A stretch of 63,009 nucleotides of DNA, taken from contig DATECU010000322.1 in NCBI GenBank assembly GCA_035286745.1, positions 1 to 63,009 on the forward strand. The letters are read 5' to 3'. Shown here piece by piece: positions 54,450-63,009 of this stretch. Positions within the stretch are counted from its first letter, which is position 1. Each line of letters begins with the position of its first letter. The notes beneath the pieces were generated by a model. It was not told the DNA's origin, did not search any database, and saw only the letters and a list, made by a program, of their open reading frames with translations. Source of the DNA: Vicinamibacteria bacterium. GTDB lineage: Bacteria; Acidobacteriota; Vicinamibacteria; Fen-336. Made by a program: the position numbers and the translations under genes.

Positions 54450-55181
54450 TCACTCCAGGCTGCCCGTTAGATGGGGCAGGATGTCCGCAATGATGAACTC
54501 GTAGACGTTGCCGTCGAGGGCGTCCTTGCGCAGGAAGACTACCGGCATGTAGACGCTGCCGACGAACGGTCGCAGCGCCCAGGCGACCTCTCCACCCACG
54601 ACGGCGAATGCCGTCACCCAGAGCACGTAGACGACCACTGCGGTTGCCCGCGAGGGAGCGAGTGTCCGGAGCCCCCGCCACAGTGCTCGCGTGCCGATGA
54701 GCCCCGAGCCGGCGGTGAAGGCTGTGTGCATGAGGTAGAGGAGGTTGTGGGCGGTGCGCGCGCTCGGCGACGGTGGCGGCGCGCTGAGGGTGAAGAGGGC
54801 AGCCACGGGGACGAGCGCCGCCAACGCAACGCTGGCCACGCCGAGGCTGCGAAAAGTCACGGCCGCGACGCGGCGCGCAGGCAACGGTAGGCCCAGCAGG
54901 GAGGCCCCGATCCACGCCAGGGGCAGGGTCAGAGACGACGTGACCAGCAGCACCAGGGGGAGCTTGATGGCGGAGTAGAGGGCGAGCAACGACCCGTGCC
55001 AACTGCCCAGGACCGCGCCATAGGCCGCGGCGCCCGCCACCATAACAGCGACCAGCCCGGGCCACTTGGCGTCGTCAGCGCCCTCCCCGATAGTCGGCCC
55101 AAGAGCCGCCTCGGAGAACAGGCCGCGCAGAGTCGCGAGAAGAGGCAGTCGAATCCCCATAGCTGTTCGCTCGAGTTTCAC
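54450..55181 (-). CDS. polytopic membrane protein, unknown family (tandem paralog B)
   Basis: 243 aa (alternative start M8 at 55160). AGAAAYGAVLGSWHGSLLALYSAIKLPLVLLVT parallels AGAVLYGAVAGCFQGGTQMLVTAIKAPLILFGA in paralog A. Confidence 0.65.
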   Translation of the reverse strand: MKLERTAMGIRLPLLATLRGLFSEAALGPTIGEGADDAKWPGLVAVMVAGAAAYGAVLGSWHGSLLALYSAIKLPLVLLVTSSLTLPLAWIGASLLGLPLPARRVAAVTFRSLGVASVALAALVPVAALFTLSAPPPSPSARTAHNLLYLMHTAFTAGSGLIGTRALWRGLRTLAPSRATAVVVYVLWVTAFAVVGGEVAWALRPFVGSVYMPVVFLRKDALDGNVYEFIIADILPHLTGSLE

Positions 55182-55333
55182 CGTAGCACGGCGCCCCCCC
55201 CGTCCGTGAACCGAAGTCCAGCGGGTCCGCCGCTACCCCCTGGTTGGGTGCTTGCGGCACCGGACCAGAGAAGGACAACGGGACAACGTCCAGGCGCTTG
55301 ACAACCGAAGCCTCAAGTTGGAGAGTGCCCGCC

Positions 55334-57430
55334 ATGCAACGCTCATCCCTCTCAGCCCTTGCCGCCCTGCCCACGCTGGCGCTCGTCTTCGCCTTGGGTT
55401 CCGACGCCCGGGCTGACCGGCTGCCGGAGCGCGCTCGCGAGGTTGTCGACTACGCCATCAACGTTCGCCTGGACGCCACCGCCAAGCAGCTCTACGGCCA
55501 GGAGCGCGTCACCTGGCGCAACCCCTCCGACGACTCGGTTTCCGAGCTCTGGTTCCATCTCTACCTGAACGCCTTCAAGAACACGCGGAGCACCTTCTTC
55601 CGCGAGTCGGGCGGCCAGCTCCGCGGCGACCGGGCGACCTCGGACAAGTGGGGCTGGATCGACGTGACCTCGATGAAGCTCCCCGACGGCACCGATCTCC
55701 TGCCGTCGCTCGGCTTCGAGCACCCCGACGACGACAACGCCGAGGACCAGACGGTGGCGCGGGTGCGCCTTCCCGAGCCGGTGCCGCCTGGGGGCAGCCT
55801 GACAATCGAGATCGGCTTCAAGGCTCAGCTCCCCCAGGTCTTCGCCCGCACCGGTTTCCGCCGCGACTACTTCCTGGTGGGCCAGTGGTTTCCCAAGCTG
55901 GGCGTCTACGAGCCCGCCGGCACCCGCGGCCGCCAAACGGGTGGCTGGAACTGCCATCAGTTCCACGCCCACAGCGAGTTCTACGCCGACTACGGCCGCT
56001 TCAAGGTGGAGATCACGGTCCCCGCCGGCTTCGTGGTGGGCGCCACCGGCGAGCGCAAGGAGCGCCGTGAGAACAAGGACGGGACCTCCACCCACGTCTT
56101 CGAGCAAGGCGACGTCCACGATTTCGCCTGGACCGCGTCCCCCCACTTCATCGAGGTGAAGCGGACCTTTTCGGCGGGCAAGGACGTGACGGCCAAGGAA
56201 TACGAGGACACGGCTCGGCTCCTGGGACGCACCCTGGAAGAGGTCCGGCTGCGGGACGTCGACATTACGGTCCTGGTGCAGCCGGGACATCTGCCCCAGG
56301 CTGGGCGTTATGTGGACTCGGCGGTCCTGGCCATCAAGCATTTCGGGCTGTGGTACGGGGCCTACCCCTATCCCACCCTCACCGTGGTGGATCCGGCTCC
56401 GGGCGCGGGCGGATCGGGGGGCATGGAGTACCCCACCTTCATCACCGCCGGCACCTCCTTCCTGCTCCAGCACTGGCCCTTCGACAAGATCCGCGCCCCG
56501 GAAGGGGTGACCGTGCACGAGTTCGGCCATCAGTTCTGGTACGGCCTGGTGGGCAACAACGAGTTCGAGGAGGCCTGGCTGGACGAGGGCGTGAACTCGT
56601 ACTCCACCGGCAAGATCATGGAGATCGGCTATGGGAAGGAGACCTCGAACGTCTCCTTCCTGGGCCTGAGACTGGGCGAGGTAGAGACCACCCGCCTGCA
56701 GAACAACCCGGAGCGCCGCTTCGGCAAGATCCGCACGCCCTCCTGGGGGTATCTCACCAGCAGCGACTACGGCTTCAACTCCTATGCCCGCCCGGAGCTG
56801 GTGCTTCGCACCCTGGAGGCCTACCTGGGCGAGCAGACCATGGCACGAGTTATGCGCACGTATCACGAGCGCTGGCGCTTCCGCCATCCCTCCAGCGACG
56901 ATTTCTACGCGGTCGTGAACGAGGTTTCGGGCCAGGACCTCAAGTGGTATTTCGACCAGGTGGTGGAGCAGAGCGGGGTGCTCGACTACGAGGTGTCCCG
57001 CATCACCTCACGCAAGCTGCCCGAACCCACCGGCGCCTTCGACCGAGGAGGCAAGCCGGACATCGTGGATGGCAAGGAGGCCAAGAGGCGGGAGAAGGAG
57101 GCCGACAAGAAGGGCACCCGCCAATACGAGAGCCGGGTGGAACTGAGGCGCCTGGGTGAAGTCGCCTTCCCGGTGGAAGTGGAGCTGCTCTTCCTTGGCC
57201 AGCCGCCGGAGCGGCGCACCTGGGACGGCAAGGATCGTTGGGTGCGTTGGGACTTCGTGCGGCCGGAGAAGCTGGTCTCGGCCCGCATCGATCCCGACCG
57301 GAAAGTGCCGCTCGACGCCAGCTGGCTCAACAACGGCAAGCGGGTCGAACCCAACAGGCGGGCCGCCGCCAGTTGGTCGGCTCGATACCTCTTCTGGGTC
57401 CAGCAAGCGCTGGCCCTTCTCGGGCTCTGA
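55334..57430 (+). CDS. M1-family zinc metallopeptidase (gluzincin), secreted
   Basis: ATG 55334 gives the signal peptide MQRSSLSALAALPTLALVFALGSDARA. Catalytic HEFGHQFWY-x16-EAWLDEG (HExxH + E). Confidence 0.85.
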   Translation: MQRSSLSALAALPTLALVFALGSDARADRLPERAREVVDYAINVRLDATAKQLYGQERVTWRNPSDDSVSELWFHLYLNAFKNTRSTFFRESGGQLRGDRATSDKWGWIDVTSMKLPDGTDLLPSLGFEHPDDDNAEDQTVARVRLPEPVPPGGSLTIEIGFKAQLPQVFARTGFRRDYFLVGQWFPKLGVYEPAGTRGRQTGGWNCHQFHAHSEFYADYGRFKVEITVPAGFVVGATGERKERRENKDGTSTHVFEQGDVHDFAWTASPHFIEVKRTFSAGKDVTAKEYEDTARLLGRTLEEVRLRDVDITVLVQPGHLPQAGRYVDSAVLAIKHFGLWYGAYPYPTLTVVDPAPGAGGSGGMEYPTFITAGTSFLLQHWPFDKIRAPEGVTVHEFGHQFWYGLVGNNEFEEAWLDEGVNSYSTGKIMEIGYGKETSNVSFLGLRLGEVETTRLQNNPERRFGKIRTPSWGYLTSSDYGFNSYARPELVLRTLEAYLGEQTMARVMRTYHERWRFRHPSSDDFYAVVNEVSGQDLKWYFDQVVEQSGVLDYEVSRITSRKLPEPTGAFDRGGKPDIVDGKEAKRREKEADKKGTRQYESRVELRRLGEVAFPVEVELLFLGQPPERRTWDGKDRWVRWDFVRPEKLVSARIDPDRKVPLDASWLNNGKRVEPNRRAAASWSARYLFWVQQALALLGL

Positions 57431-57441
57431 GGAGAGCAGCC

Positions 57442-58470
57442 ATGTTCATCACCTGCGCGCTCCGTGGCCTGGGCCGGGCCCTGGCCAATCCTCGACTGGC
57501 GGTTCTGCTCTGGCTGGTCAACGCCGGGGTGGCCGCCATCGCCGCCATCCCCGCCTTCTTCCATCTCAGCTCCGCGCTCGGCAGCCGCCCCGAGGGTGAT
57601 CGGCTGCTCGACGGGTTCTCCTTCGGTTTGATGGCCGAGTTGGGCCACTACCAGGGGGCATGGGCGGGCATCCTCATGTCAATGCTGCTGCCGCTCGCCG
57701 CGGTGGCGCTGCTCGGCAACGCCCTCATCAGCGGCGGCGTGCTCGAGGTGCTGACGGCTCAAGACGACCGCCGCCTGCTGCACCGCTTCGGGCGCGGCGC
57801 CGGCCACTTCTTCGGCCGCTTCTTCCGTGCCGGGTTGGTGGCGGGGCTGGTGGGGCTCGTGGTTGCCGGGGTGCTGGCGGCTCTGGTGAGGTGGATCGGC
57901 CGCCGTCTGGAGGACTCGGCCTGGGAGCCGATGGGGTTCCTGGTCGCCCTGGTCCGGTTCGGCCTGGTGGCCCTGGTGGTGCTCGTCGTCCTCATGGCCC
58001 TCGATCTGGCCCGCGTCCGCATGGTTCTCGAAGACAGCCGGCAGGCGATTCGCCTCTTCTTCCGGTCCCTCACATTCGTTCTGCGCCACCCGGTGAAGGT
58101 GTTGGGGCTGTGGGCGGTGAACAGCGTGGTCCTGGGCGGCGTGATGTTGGCCTATCTCGCCTACTGCTCTGGTTTCCCCGCCACTCGCGGCCGCTTCATC
58201 CTGGCCATGGTGATCGTGCAACAGGCGGTCATGCTGTGCCGGGCCGGGCTGCGCGTCGGCCTGTGGGCCGGCGAGATCGCCCTCTGGGAGCGGATGGCTC
58301 CGCCCACGCCGGTCCGCCTTGCTCGACCCGAGCCGGTGCCGGCGGAGTCTCCCGCGCCGCCCGAGCCGACGGCCTTCGCCTCCACGGAAGCCCTCTCCCC
58401 CACCGACCCCGCGTTAGCGGAACCCCAGCCCGCGCCCGAGCCACCGGCCCGAGAGCCCGAGGGCCGCTGA
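57442..58470 (+). CDS. polytopic membrane protein with Pro/Ala/Glu-rich C-terminal tail
   Basis: 342 aa. GGAGAG Shine-Dalgarno, 11 nt after the peptidase stop. About 6 TM helices. No family recognised. Confidence 0.6.
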   Translation: MFITCALRGLGRALANPRLAVLLWLVNAGVAAIAAIPAFFHLSSALGSRPEGDRLLDGFSFGLMAELGHYQGAWAGILMSMLLPLAAVALLGNALISGGVLEVLTAQDDRRLLHRFGRGAGHFFGRFFRAGLVAGLVGLVVAGVLAALVRWIGRRLEDSAWEPMGFLVALVRFGLVALVVLVVLMALDLARVRMVLEDSRQAIRLFFRSLTFVLRHPVKVLGLWAVNSVVLGGVMLAYLAYCSGFPATRGRFILAMVIVQQAVMLCRAGLRVGLWAGEIALWERMAPPTPVRLARPEPVPAESPAPPEPTAFASTEALSPTDPALAEPQPAPEPPAREPEGR

Positions 58471-58532
58471 GCCGAAGCCGAGGCGATCACTGCCGCCGAA
58501 CGCGTAACCTACCGCGCTCGGCGGCGCGCCTG

Positions 58533-59813
58533 CTATCTCGCGAAGGAGCGTCTGCCCCAGTTCCCTCGGGCTGCGGGCGGGCCCGGCTTCTTCCGGCCTC
58601 GGGCCCTCTGCTCGCGCATGGCGGCCAGACGCTGGCCCAGCGGGATCTCGAGCTTCTCGGCCGGCCTCTTGCTGTAGTCAAAGCCGGAGAGGGTGACCCG
58701 CGGGAGGCGGGTGCCCAGGACCCGTTCGATGCGCCTCACGTCGGCCTCTTCCTCCGGTGACACGAAGAGGAAGGCGTCGCCGGTCAGCTCGACCCGTCCC
58801 GTCCGGCCCACTCGGTGGACGTAGTCCTCGGGGGAGTTGGGGACGTCGAAGTTGATGACGTGGGAAAGCGCCTCCACGTCGATGCCGCGGGCCGCGATGT
58901 CGGTGGCCACTAGGACCGGGAACTTGCCGGCCTTGAAGGCGCCCAGGGCCTCGGTCCGCTGGGCCTGGCTCCGAGTGCCGTGGATGCGTCCGGCAGACAC
59001 GCCGTTGCGGGCCAGGTACTCCGCCAAACGGTTGGCGCGGTGCTTGGTCCGAGTGAAGGCGATGACGCTTCGGATCTCGCCCCGCTTCAGAAGCTCGACC
59101 AGCAGAGCGGACTTCAGCTCCGCCGGTACCGGGTAGGCTGCCTGGGTGACGCTCACCGCCGGGGTCACCTTACGCTCGAGGCTGATGGTGGCTGGGTCAC
59201 GAAGCATCTCTCGGGCCAGGGTCACGATCGGCGGCGGCAGGGTGGCCGAGAACAGGAGCGTCTGACGCTTGGCCGGAATGTGCTTCAAGATCCGCTTGAT
59301 GTCGGGAATGAAGCCCATGTCGAGCATGCGGTCGGCCTCGTCCAGGACCAGCACCTCCAGGCCCTGGAGGCGGGCATAGGGAAAGCGGAAGTGATCGAGC
59401 AGCCGGCCGGGGGTGGCCACCATGACGTCGACCCCCTTGCGGAAGGCCTGCTCCTGGGGGCCCATGCCGACGCCTCCGTAGATGGCGGCCGCCGAGAAGG
59501 GGGTGTGTACGGCAAGGGCCTTGGCGTGGTCGGCGATCTGCTGGGCCAACTCCCGGGTCGGGGTCAGCACCAGAGCGCGCGTGGTTCCCCTGGGCTTGCC
59601 CGAGAGGCTGTTCAGGATCGGCAGGAGGAAGGCGGCTGTCTTCCCGCTGCCGGTGGTGGCGCAGGCGAGGACGTCGCGACCCTCCAGGGCCGGTGGGATG
59701 GCCTGCTGCTGGATCGGTGTGGGACGAGGAAAGCCGAGCGTGCGGACGCCGCGCACCAGGTTGTCGTGGAGACGGAGTTGTGCAAAGGGCAAGGCGGTAG
59801 GGCCTTTCGACAT
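58533..59813 (-). CDS. DEAD-box ATP-dependent RNA helicase (RhlE-like)
   Basis: 426 aa. Q-motif, ATTGSGKTAAF, VLDEADRMLDMGF, SAT, ARGIDV and HRVGRTGR, with a basic C-terminal tail. Confidence 0.93.
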   Translation of the reverse strand: MSKGPTALPFAQLRLHDNLVRGVRTLGFPRPTPIQQQAIPPALEGRDVLACATTGSGKTAAFLLPILNSLSGKPRGTTRALVLTPTRELAQQIADHAKALAVHTPFSAAAIYGGVGMGPQEQAFRKGVDVMVATPGRLLDHFRFPYARLQGLEVLVLDEADRMLDMGFIPDIKRILKHIPAKRQTLLFSATLPPPIVTLAREMLRDPATISLERKVTPAVSVTQAAYPVPAELKSALLVELLKRGEIRSVIAFTRTKHRANRLAEYLARNGVSAGRIHGTRSQAQRTEALGAFKAGKFPVLVATDIAARGIDVEALSHVINFDVPNSPEDYVHRVGRTGRVELTGDAFLFVSPEEEADVRRIERVLGTRLPRVTLSGFDYSKRPAEKLEIPLGQRLAAMREQRARGRKKPGPPAARGNWGRRSFAR

Positions 59814-59977
59814 GACCGGCTAGTTGGTTTGAAGAACGGGGGGGTGCCGGGAAGCCGCCGTCCGCGCGGCTCCCTAGTGGAGCGCGAAGCCCGACCAGTA
59901 TCTCACATTCGTGGGCCCAATGCGAATCGGAGTGCTAGAATCCGCCATCTCGCGCTTCGCGTCCCAAGGTGCGCTCG

Positions 59978-60778
59978 ATGAGCATCTACCTCGACCTGAC
60001 TCGGCAGTTTAACGAGGGCGCGCTCCGCGCGATCCTCAGCTCCGGGCAGGCCGCGGTCCTGCACCGCCTCGCCATCATGAGCAAGGACGGCGATTGGATC
60101 CTGCGCGAAGACGCCGAAGCCCTGAGTCATGTGCTTCAGGTCCTGGACCGACGTCAGGCCCGGTACCGGTTTGGTGCACCTCTGGACCTGCGCTGGATGC
60201 GGGGTGGCTGGAGCGCCCACCTGGAGTTCGCCGACCGACCGTTGCGCATTCGAACCGACTTCGTCACTCGGCCGCCTCGCCTTCCGGTCGCGGATCTCGA
60301 AGCTCTGTGGCAGGAATCCAGAGGCAACCTGATTCCCCACCTCGATGCGCGGCGGCTGGCCGAGATCAAGAAGACCAACCGCGAGAAGGACTACGCGGTG
60401 ATTGGCGAGCTGGCCAGGCGCCTGCCGGAGCCCCGCGACCAGTTGCTGCTTTCCCGCAGCGCCCGGGACATCTTGGCTCTGGCCCGCCGCTGGCCCGCGC
60501 TGGCGAGCGAGCTGGCGGAAACACGCCCCGCGCTCGCCAGCATCGACGCGGGTCTGTCCGCGCTCGAAGCCGCCCTGGATGCCGAGCGACGGACCCTGAT
60601 GCACAAGAACGAGGCTCGGCTCCAGGCCTACCTGCAAGCGGCCCAGGCTTGGCGCCAGGCATGGCCCGAGGTGGAGCGACGAATCGCAGGCCTGCCCTTG
60701 ATGGAAGCCCACGCGATTGTCGCCCAGGGCGCGGAGGATCTGCTGCCACCTCAGGTTTCCGCGGAGAGTGGCCGGTGA
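59978..60778 (+). CDS. hypothetical protein (possible minimal nucleotidyltransferase-fold N-terminal domain)
   Basis: About 266 aa (a GTG at 59969 is also possible). MSKDGDWIL and EIKKTNREKDYAVIGELAR are reminiscent of MNT-type NTase blocks. Helical C-terminal half. Weak call. Confidence 0.35.
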   Translation: MSIYLDLTRQFNEGALRAILSSGQAAVLHRLAIMSKDGDWILREDAEALSHVLQVLDRRQARYRFGAPLDLRWMRGGWSAHLEFADRPLRIRTDFVTRPPRLPVADLEALWQESRGNLIPHLDARRLAEIKKTNREKDYAVIGELARRLPEPRDQLLLSRSARDILALARRWPALASELAETRPALASIDAGLSALEAALDAERRTLMHKNEARLQAYLQAAQAWRQAWPEVERRIAGLPLMEAHAIVAQGAEDLLPPQVSAESGR

Positions 60779-60948
60779 CCGAGATCAGGGATGAGTTCCT
60801 GAGCGAGGAAGACCTCGACCTCCAGACCATGAGCTACCAGGAGCTGCTTGCCTATTGGGACCTCTGGCTTCGCCAGGCCCAGGCCACCAACGAAGAAGAT
60901 CGGGACACCTACTCTCACGGCGTGTTCGTCCTCCTGAACGAGCGGTAG
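60775..60948 (+). CDS. small acidic hypothetical protein, GTGA-coupled to the upstream gene
   Basis: 57 aa: VTEIRDEFLSEEDLDLQTMSYQELLAYWDLWLRQAQATNEEDRDTYSHGVFVLLNER. The start overlaps the preceding stop. Confidence 0.3.
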   Translation: MTEIRDEFLSEEDLDLQTMSYQELLAYWDLWLRQAQATNEEDRDTYSHGVFVLLNER

Positions 60949-61071
60949 CCTCCGCTCGGCGCAAGGCTTCGGGCGAGCACCGGCGGCCACAGGTGCTGGT
61001 GGCAAACCGTGCGGACGGGGGACTCCGCCAGGAACATCACCCCATCCACCGGTCTCCCCGGACTCGCGTGA

Positions 61072-63009
61072 TCAACGCGACTTCGAGGCCGGGGAGGATG
61101 CCGCGGTCCGAGCCCGGCGATCACGGCGACGCTTCCAGAACTGGCCGAAGCCGTGCAACAGCAGGAGGAAAGGGAAGGCGGCCGCGGCCAGGCCCACGAC
61201 CGGGCGGTGGGCGGGGTTGAGTAGGCCACCGGCGCCAAACGGGTTGTCCCCGATGAGATAGGTCCAGGTGGCCGAGGGGCCGCGCAGGCCGGCCCGATCC
61301 CAGTCGACGCCGCCAGCCGAGATCTCGAGAGCCTCGAAGGTCCGCACCGCCTCGTCCTCGATGCGCTCCTCGAGCGCCAGGAAGCCGAGCCCCACCTGAC
61401 GGTGGAATTCGGCCAGCGGGATCTTGCCGGCGAAAGCCAGCAGGTGGCTGTCGTCCCGCATCTCGCGCACCTCGGTCAGGTACTCGCTCCAGCAGCGGTC
61501 GATGGTCACCAAGGCGACGCGCCGCTCGACCTCGAGCAGGAGATCCTCCCCCAAGAGCGACTCCAGCTCCACCCGGCGGGCCGAGCGCTCGGTCAGTCGG
61601 TCGAAGGGGGCGGTGCGGTCGAACACGCCTTGCCGCCACCGCTGGATGGCCCGGCGCTGCTTCTCCACGATATCGGAGTAGGCGCAAAGCGTCTTCCGGA
61701 TCTGGAAGCCCTCGTCCTCGACGATCCGCTGCGCCCGGGCGATCTCGGCGCCGATCAGGCGGTGGGCGATGGGTGGGTCCTGCCGCGGCGGCAGGTGCCG
61801 GGCGGAGATCAAGCGTTCGACACCGTAGCGCTGGATGAGATCGTCCTCCAGGCTTGTGAAGAAGCGTGAGGTCCCCGGGTCGCCCTGCCGCCCTGCCCGC
61901 CCCCGAAGCTGCTGGTCGATGCGCAGGCTGGCGTGACGGTTGGTGCCGAGAACATAGAGCCCACCCAGCGCGGCGACCGCGGCGTGCTGCGATCCGTCCG
62001 CTCCCCCCAGGCGGATGTCGGTGCCCCGGCCGGCCATGTTGGTGGAGAGGGTGACCGCGCCCAGCGCCCCCGCCCCGGCCACGATCTCCGCCTCGACCTC
62101 GTCGTTCTTCGCGTTCAGCACCGCGCAGGGAATGCCCGCCTCCCGGATGGCCAGGGCGAGCGCTTCCGACTCGCTCACGCTGGCGGTGCCCACCAGGACC
62201 GGGCGGCCGCTTCGGTGGAGGCGGCCGATCTCCTCGACCAGGGCGGCGCGCTTGGCCTCGCGGTGCGTGAACACCAGGTCCGGCAGGTCCTCACGCGCCG
62301 TCGGGCGGTGGGTGGGGATGACCGCCACCCGCAGGCCGTAGAACTGATGGATCTCCTCCTCCGCGGCCTGGGCGGTCGCCGTCATGCCGGCCAGGCGACG
62401 GTAGAGGCGCAGCAGGTGCTGCAGCGTGATGGAGCCCAGGACGGCGCCCTCGGGCGTAAGGCGCAGGCCTTCTTTGGCCTCAACAGCGGCGTGCAGGCCA
62501 TCGGGCCAATGGCGCTTGTCGGCCACCCGGCCGGTGCAGTCGTCGACCAGCTCGACGCGGCCCCGGCGAACGATGTAGTCGACGTCGCGCTCCAGCAAGT
62601 ACTCGGCGTGGAGCGCGCTCAGAAGTTGGGCGTGAAAGGCGAGGTTCTCAGGGGCCTGGAGGTCGTGGCAGCCCAGCAGCTTCTCCACGCGCTCGGTTCC
62701 GGCGTCGGTCAAGGCGATGTTGTGCCGGTACTCGTCGGTGTCGAAGTCGAGGCCGGGGCGCAGCCCGCGGACCAGGGCGTCCAGGCGCTCGGGACCGGGC
62801 GCTGATTCCCCCGTCTCGCCGGCGATCACCAGCGGAATCCGCGCCTCGTCGACGAGGATGGAGTCGGCCTCGTCGACCAGAGCGAAGTGAAAGGGACGGT
62901 GAACACAGTCGGCAGGTTCCAGGGCAAGACCGTCGCGCAGGAGATCGAAGCCCGCTTCTTTCGCCGTCAGGTACGTAACGTCGGCACGGTAGGCGGACCG
63001 CCGCTCCGG
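61072..63009 (-). CDS. secA: preprotein translocase ATPase SecA (5'-truncated by window edge), atypical C-terminal tail
   Basis: The reading frame stays open to the window end (..FALVDEADSILVDEARIPLVIAGE..). NBD2 motifs TNMAGRGTDIRLGG and GGLYVLGTNRHASLRIDQQLRGRAGRQGDPG. The C-terminus has a hydrophobic helix and basic tail with no Cys/His zinc site. Confidence 0.9.
   Translation of the reverse strand, partial: PERRSAYRADVTYLTAKEAGFDLLRDGLALEPADCVHRPFHFALVDEADSILVDEARIPLVIAGETGESAPGPERLDALVRGLRPGLDFDTDEYRHNIALTDAGTERVEKLLGCHDLQAPENLAFHAQLLSALHAEYLLERDVDYIVRRGRVELVDDCTGRVADKRHWPDGLHAAVEAKEGLRLTPEGAVLGSITLQHLLRLYRRLAGMTATAQAAEEEIHQFYGLRVAVIPTHRPTAREDLPDLVFTHREAKRAALVEEIGRLHRSGRPVLVGTASVSESEALALAIREAGIPCAVLNAKNDEVEAEIVAGAGALGAVTLSTNMAGRGTDIRLGGADGSQHAAVAALGGLYVLGTNRHASLRIDQQLRGRAGRQGDPGTSRFFTSLEDDLIQRYGVERLISARHLPPRQDPPIAHRLIGAEIARAQRIVEDEGFQIRKTLCAYSDIVEKQRRAIQRWRQGVFDRTAPFDRLTERSARRVELESLLGEDLLLEVERRVALVTIDRCWSEYLTEVREMRDDSHLLAFAGKIPLAEFHRQVGLGFLALEERIEDEAVRTFEALEISAGGVDWDRAGLRGPSATWTYLIGDNPFGAGGLLNPAHRPVVGLAAAAFPFLLLLHGFGQFWKRRRDRRARTAASSPASKSR

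Overview
Very GC-rich chromosomal segment (roughly two-thirds G+C by eye, not computed) from a diderm bacterium, as shown by Pal, TatA, a porin and OM beta-barrel proteins. The taxon cannot be fixed from the sequence; the repeat families suggest an Acidobacteriota-like lineage, which is only a guess. No rRNA, CRISPR array, integrase or transposase was seen. Most of the window is housekeeping: cdaA-cdaR-glmM, folP, ftsH-hpt-tilS, one tRNA(CAU), hemB/hemL, rlmN, dut, uvrA, gmhA, pal, tatA, trxB, a DEAD-box helicase and a 5'-truncated secA. Interspersed with these are envelope-glycosylation genes: four GT-C/GT39-like membrane transferases, one GT4 and a sulfatase-fold enzyme. Signalling genes include a GGDEF cyclase, a PDZ-GAF-SpoIIE phosphatase and a REC-only regulator. 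Because of the GC content the ORF track is full of long antisense or alternate-frame ORFs and N-terminal over-extensions, and I re-set many starts. Many starts form 4-nt ATGA/GTGA overlaps with the upstream stop. Items most worth a second look: (1) An ArsC/Spx-family gene at 43456-43809 has an in-frame TGA exactly at the catalytic Cys position, followed by a SECIS-like GGUC-loop hairpin, directly upstream of trxB; it is a candidate selenoprotein that the ORF track truncates. (2) A two-gene ABC-type ATPase + DUF4276 (Toprim-like E...DxD) cassette at 26886-28687 sits in a small accessory patch next to uvrA and resembles split OLD/PARIS-type defence modules. (3) Two tandem paralogous secreted proteins of about 630-650 aa (36789-40629) have no recognisable function. 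(4) A tandem pair of paralogous polytopic membrane proteins (53750-55181) lies divergent to an M1-peptidase/membrane-protein operon. (5) Two families of intergenic inverted-repeat elements (CACAGAG-type and AGCTGA-type) occupy at least six intergenic regions. (6) Small genes fall below the ORF-track cutoff: tatA, a lysW-like zinc ribbon, and a Cys8 MYND/HIT-like mini-protein.
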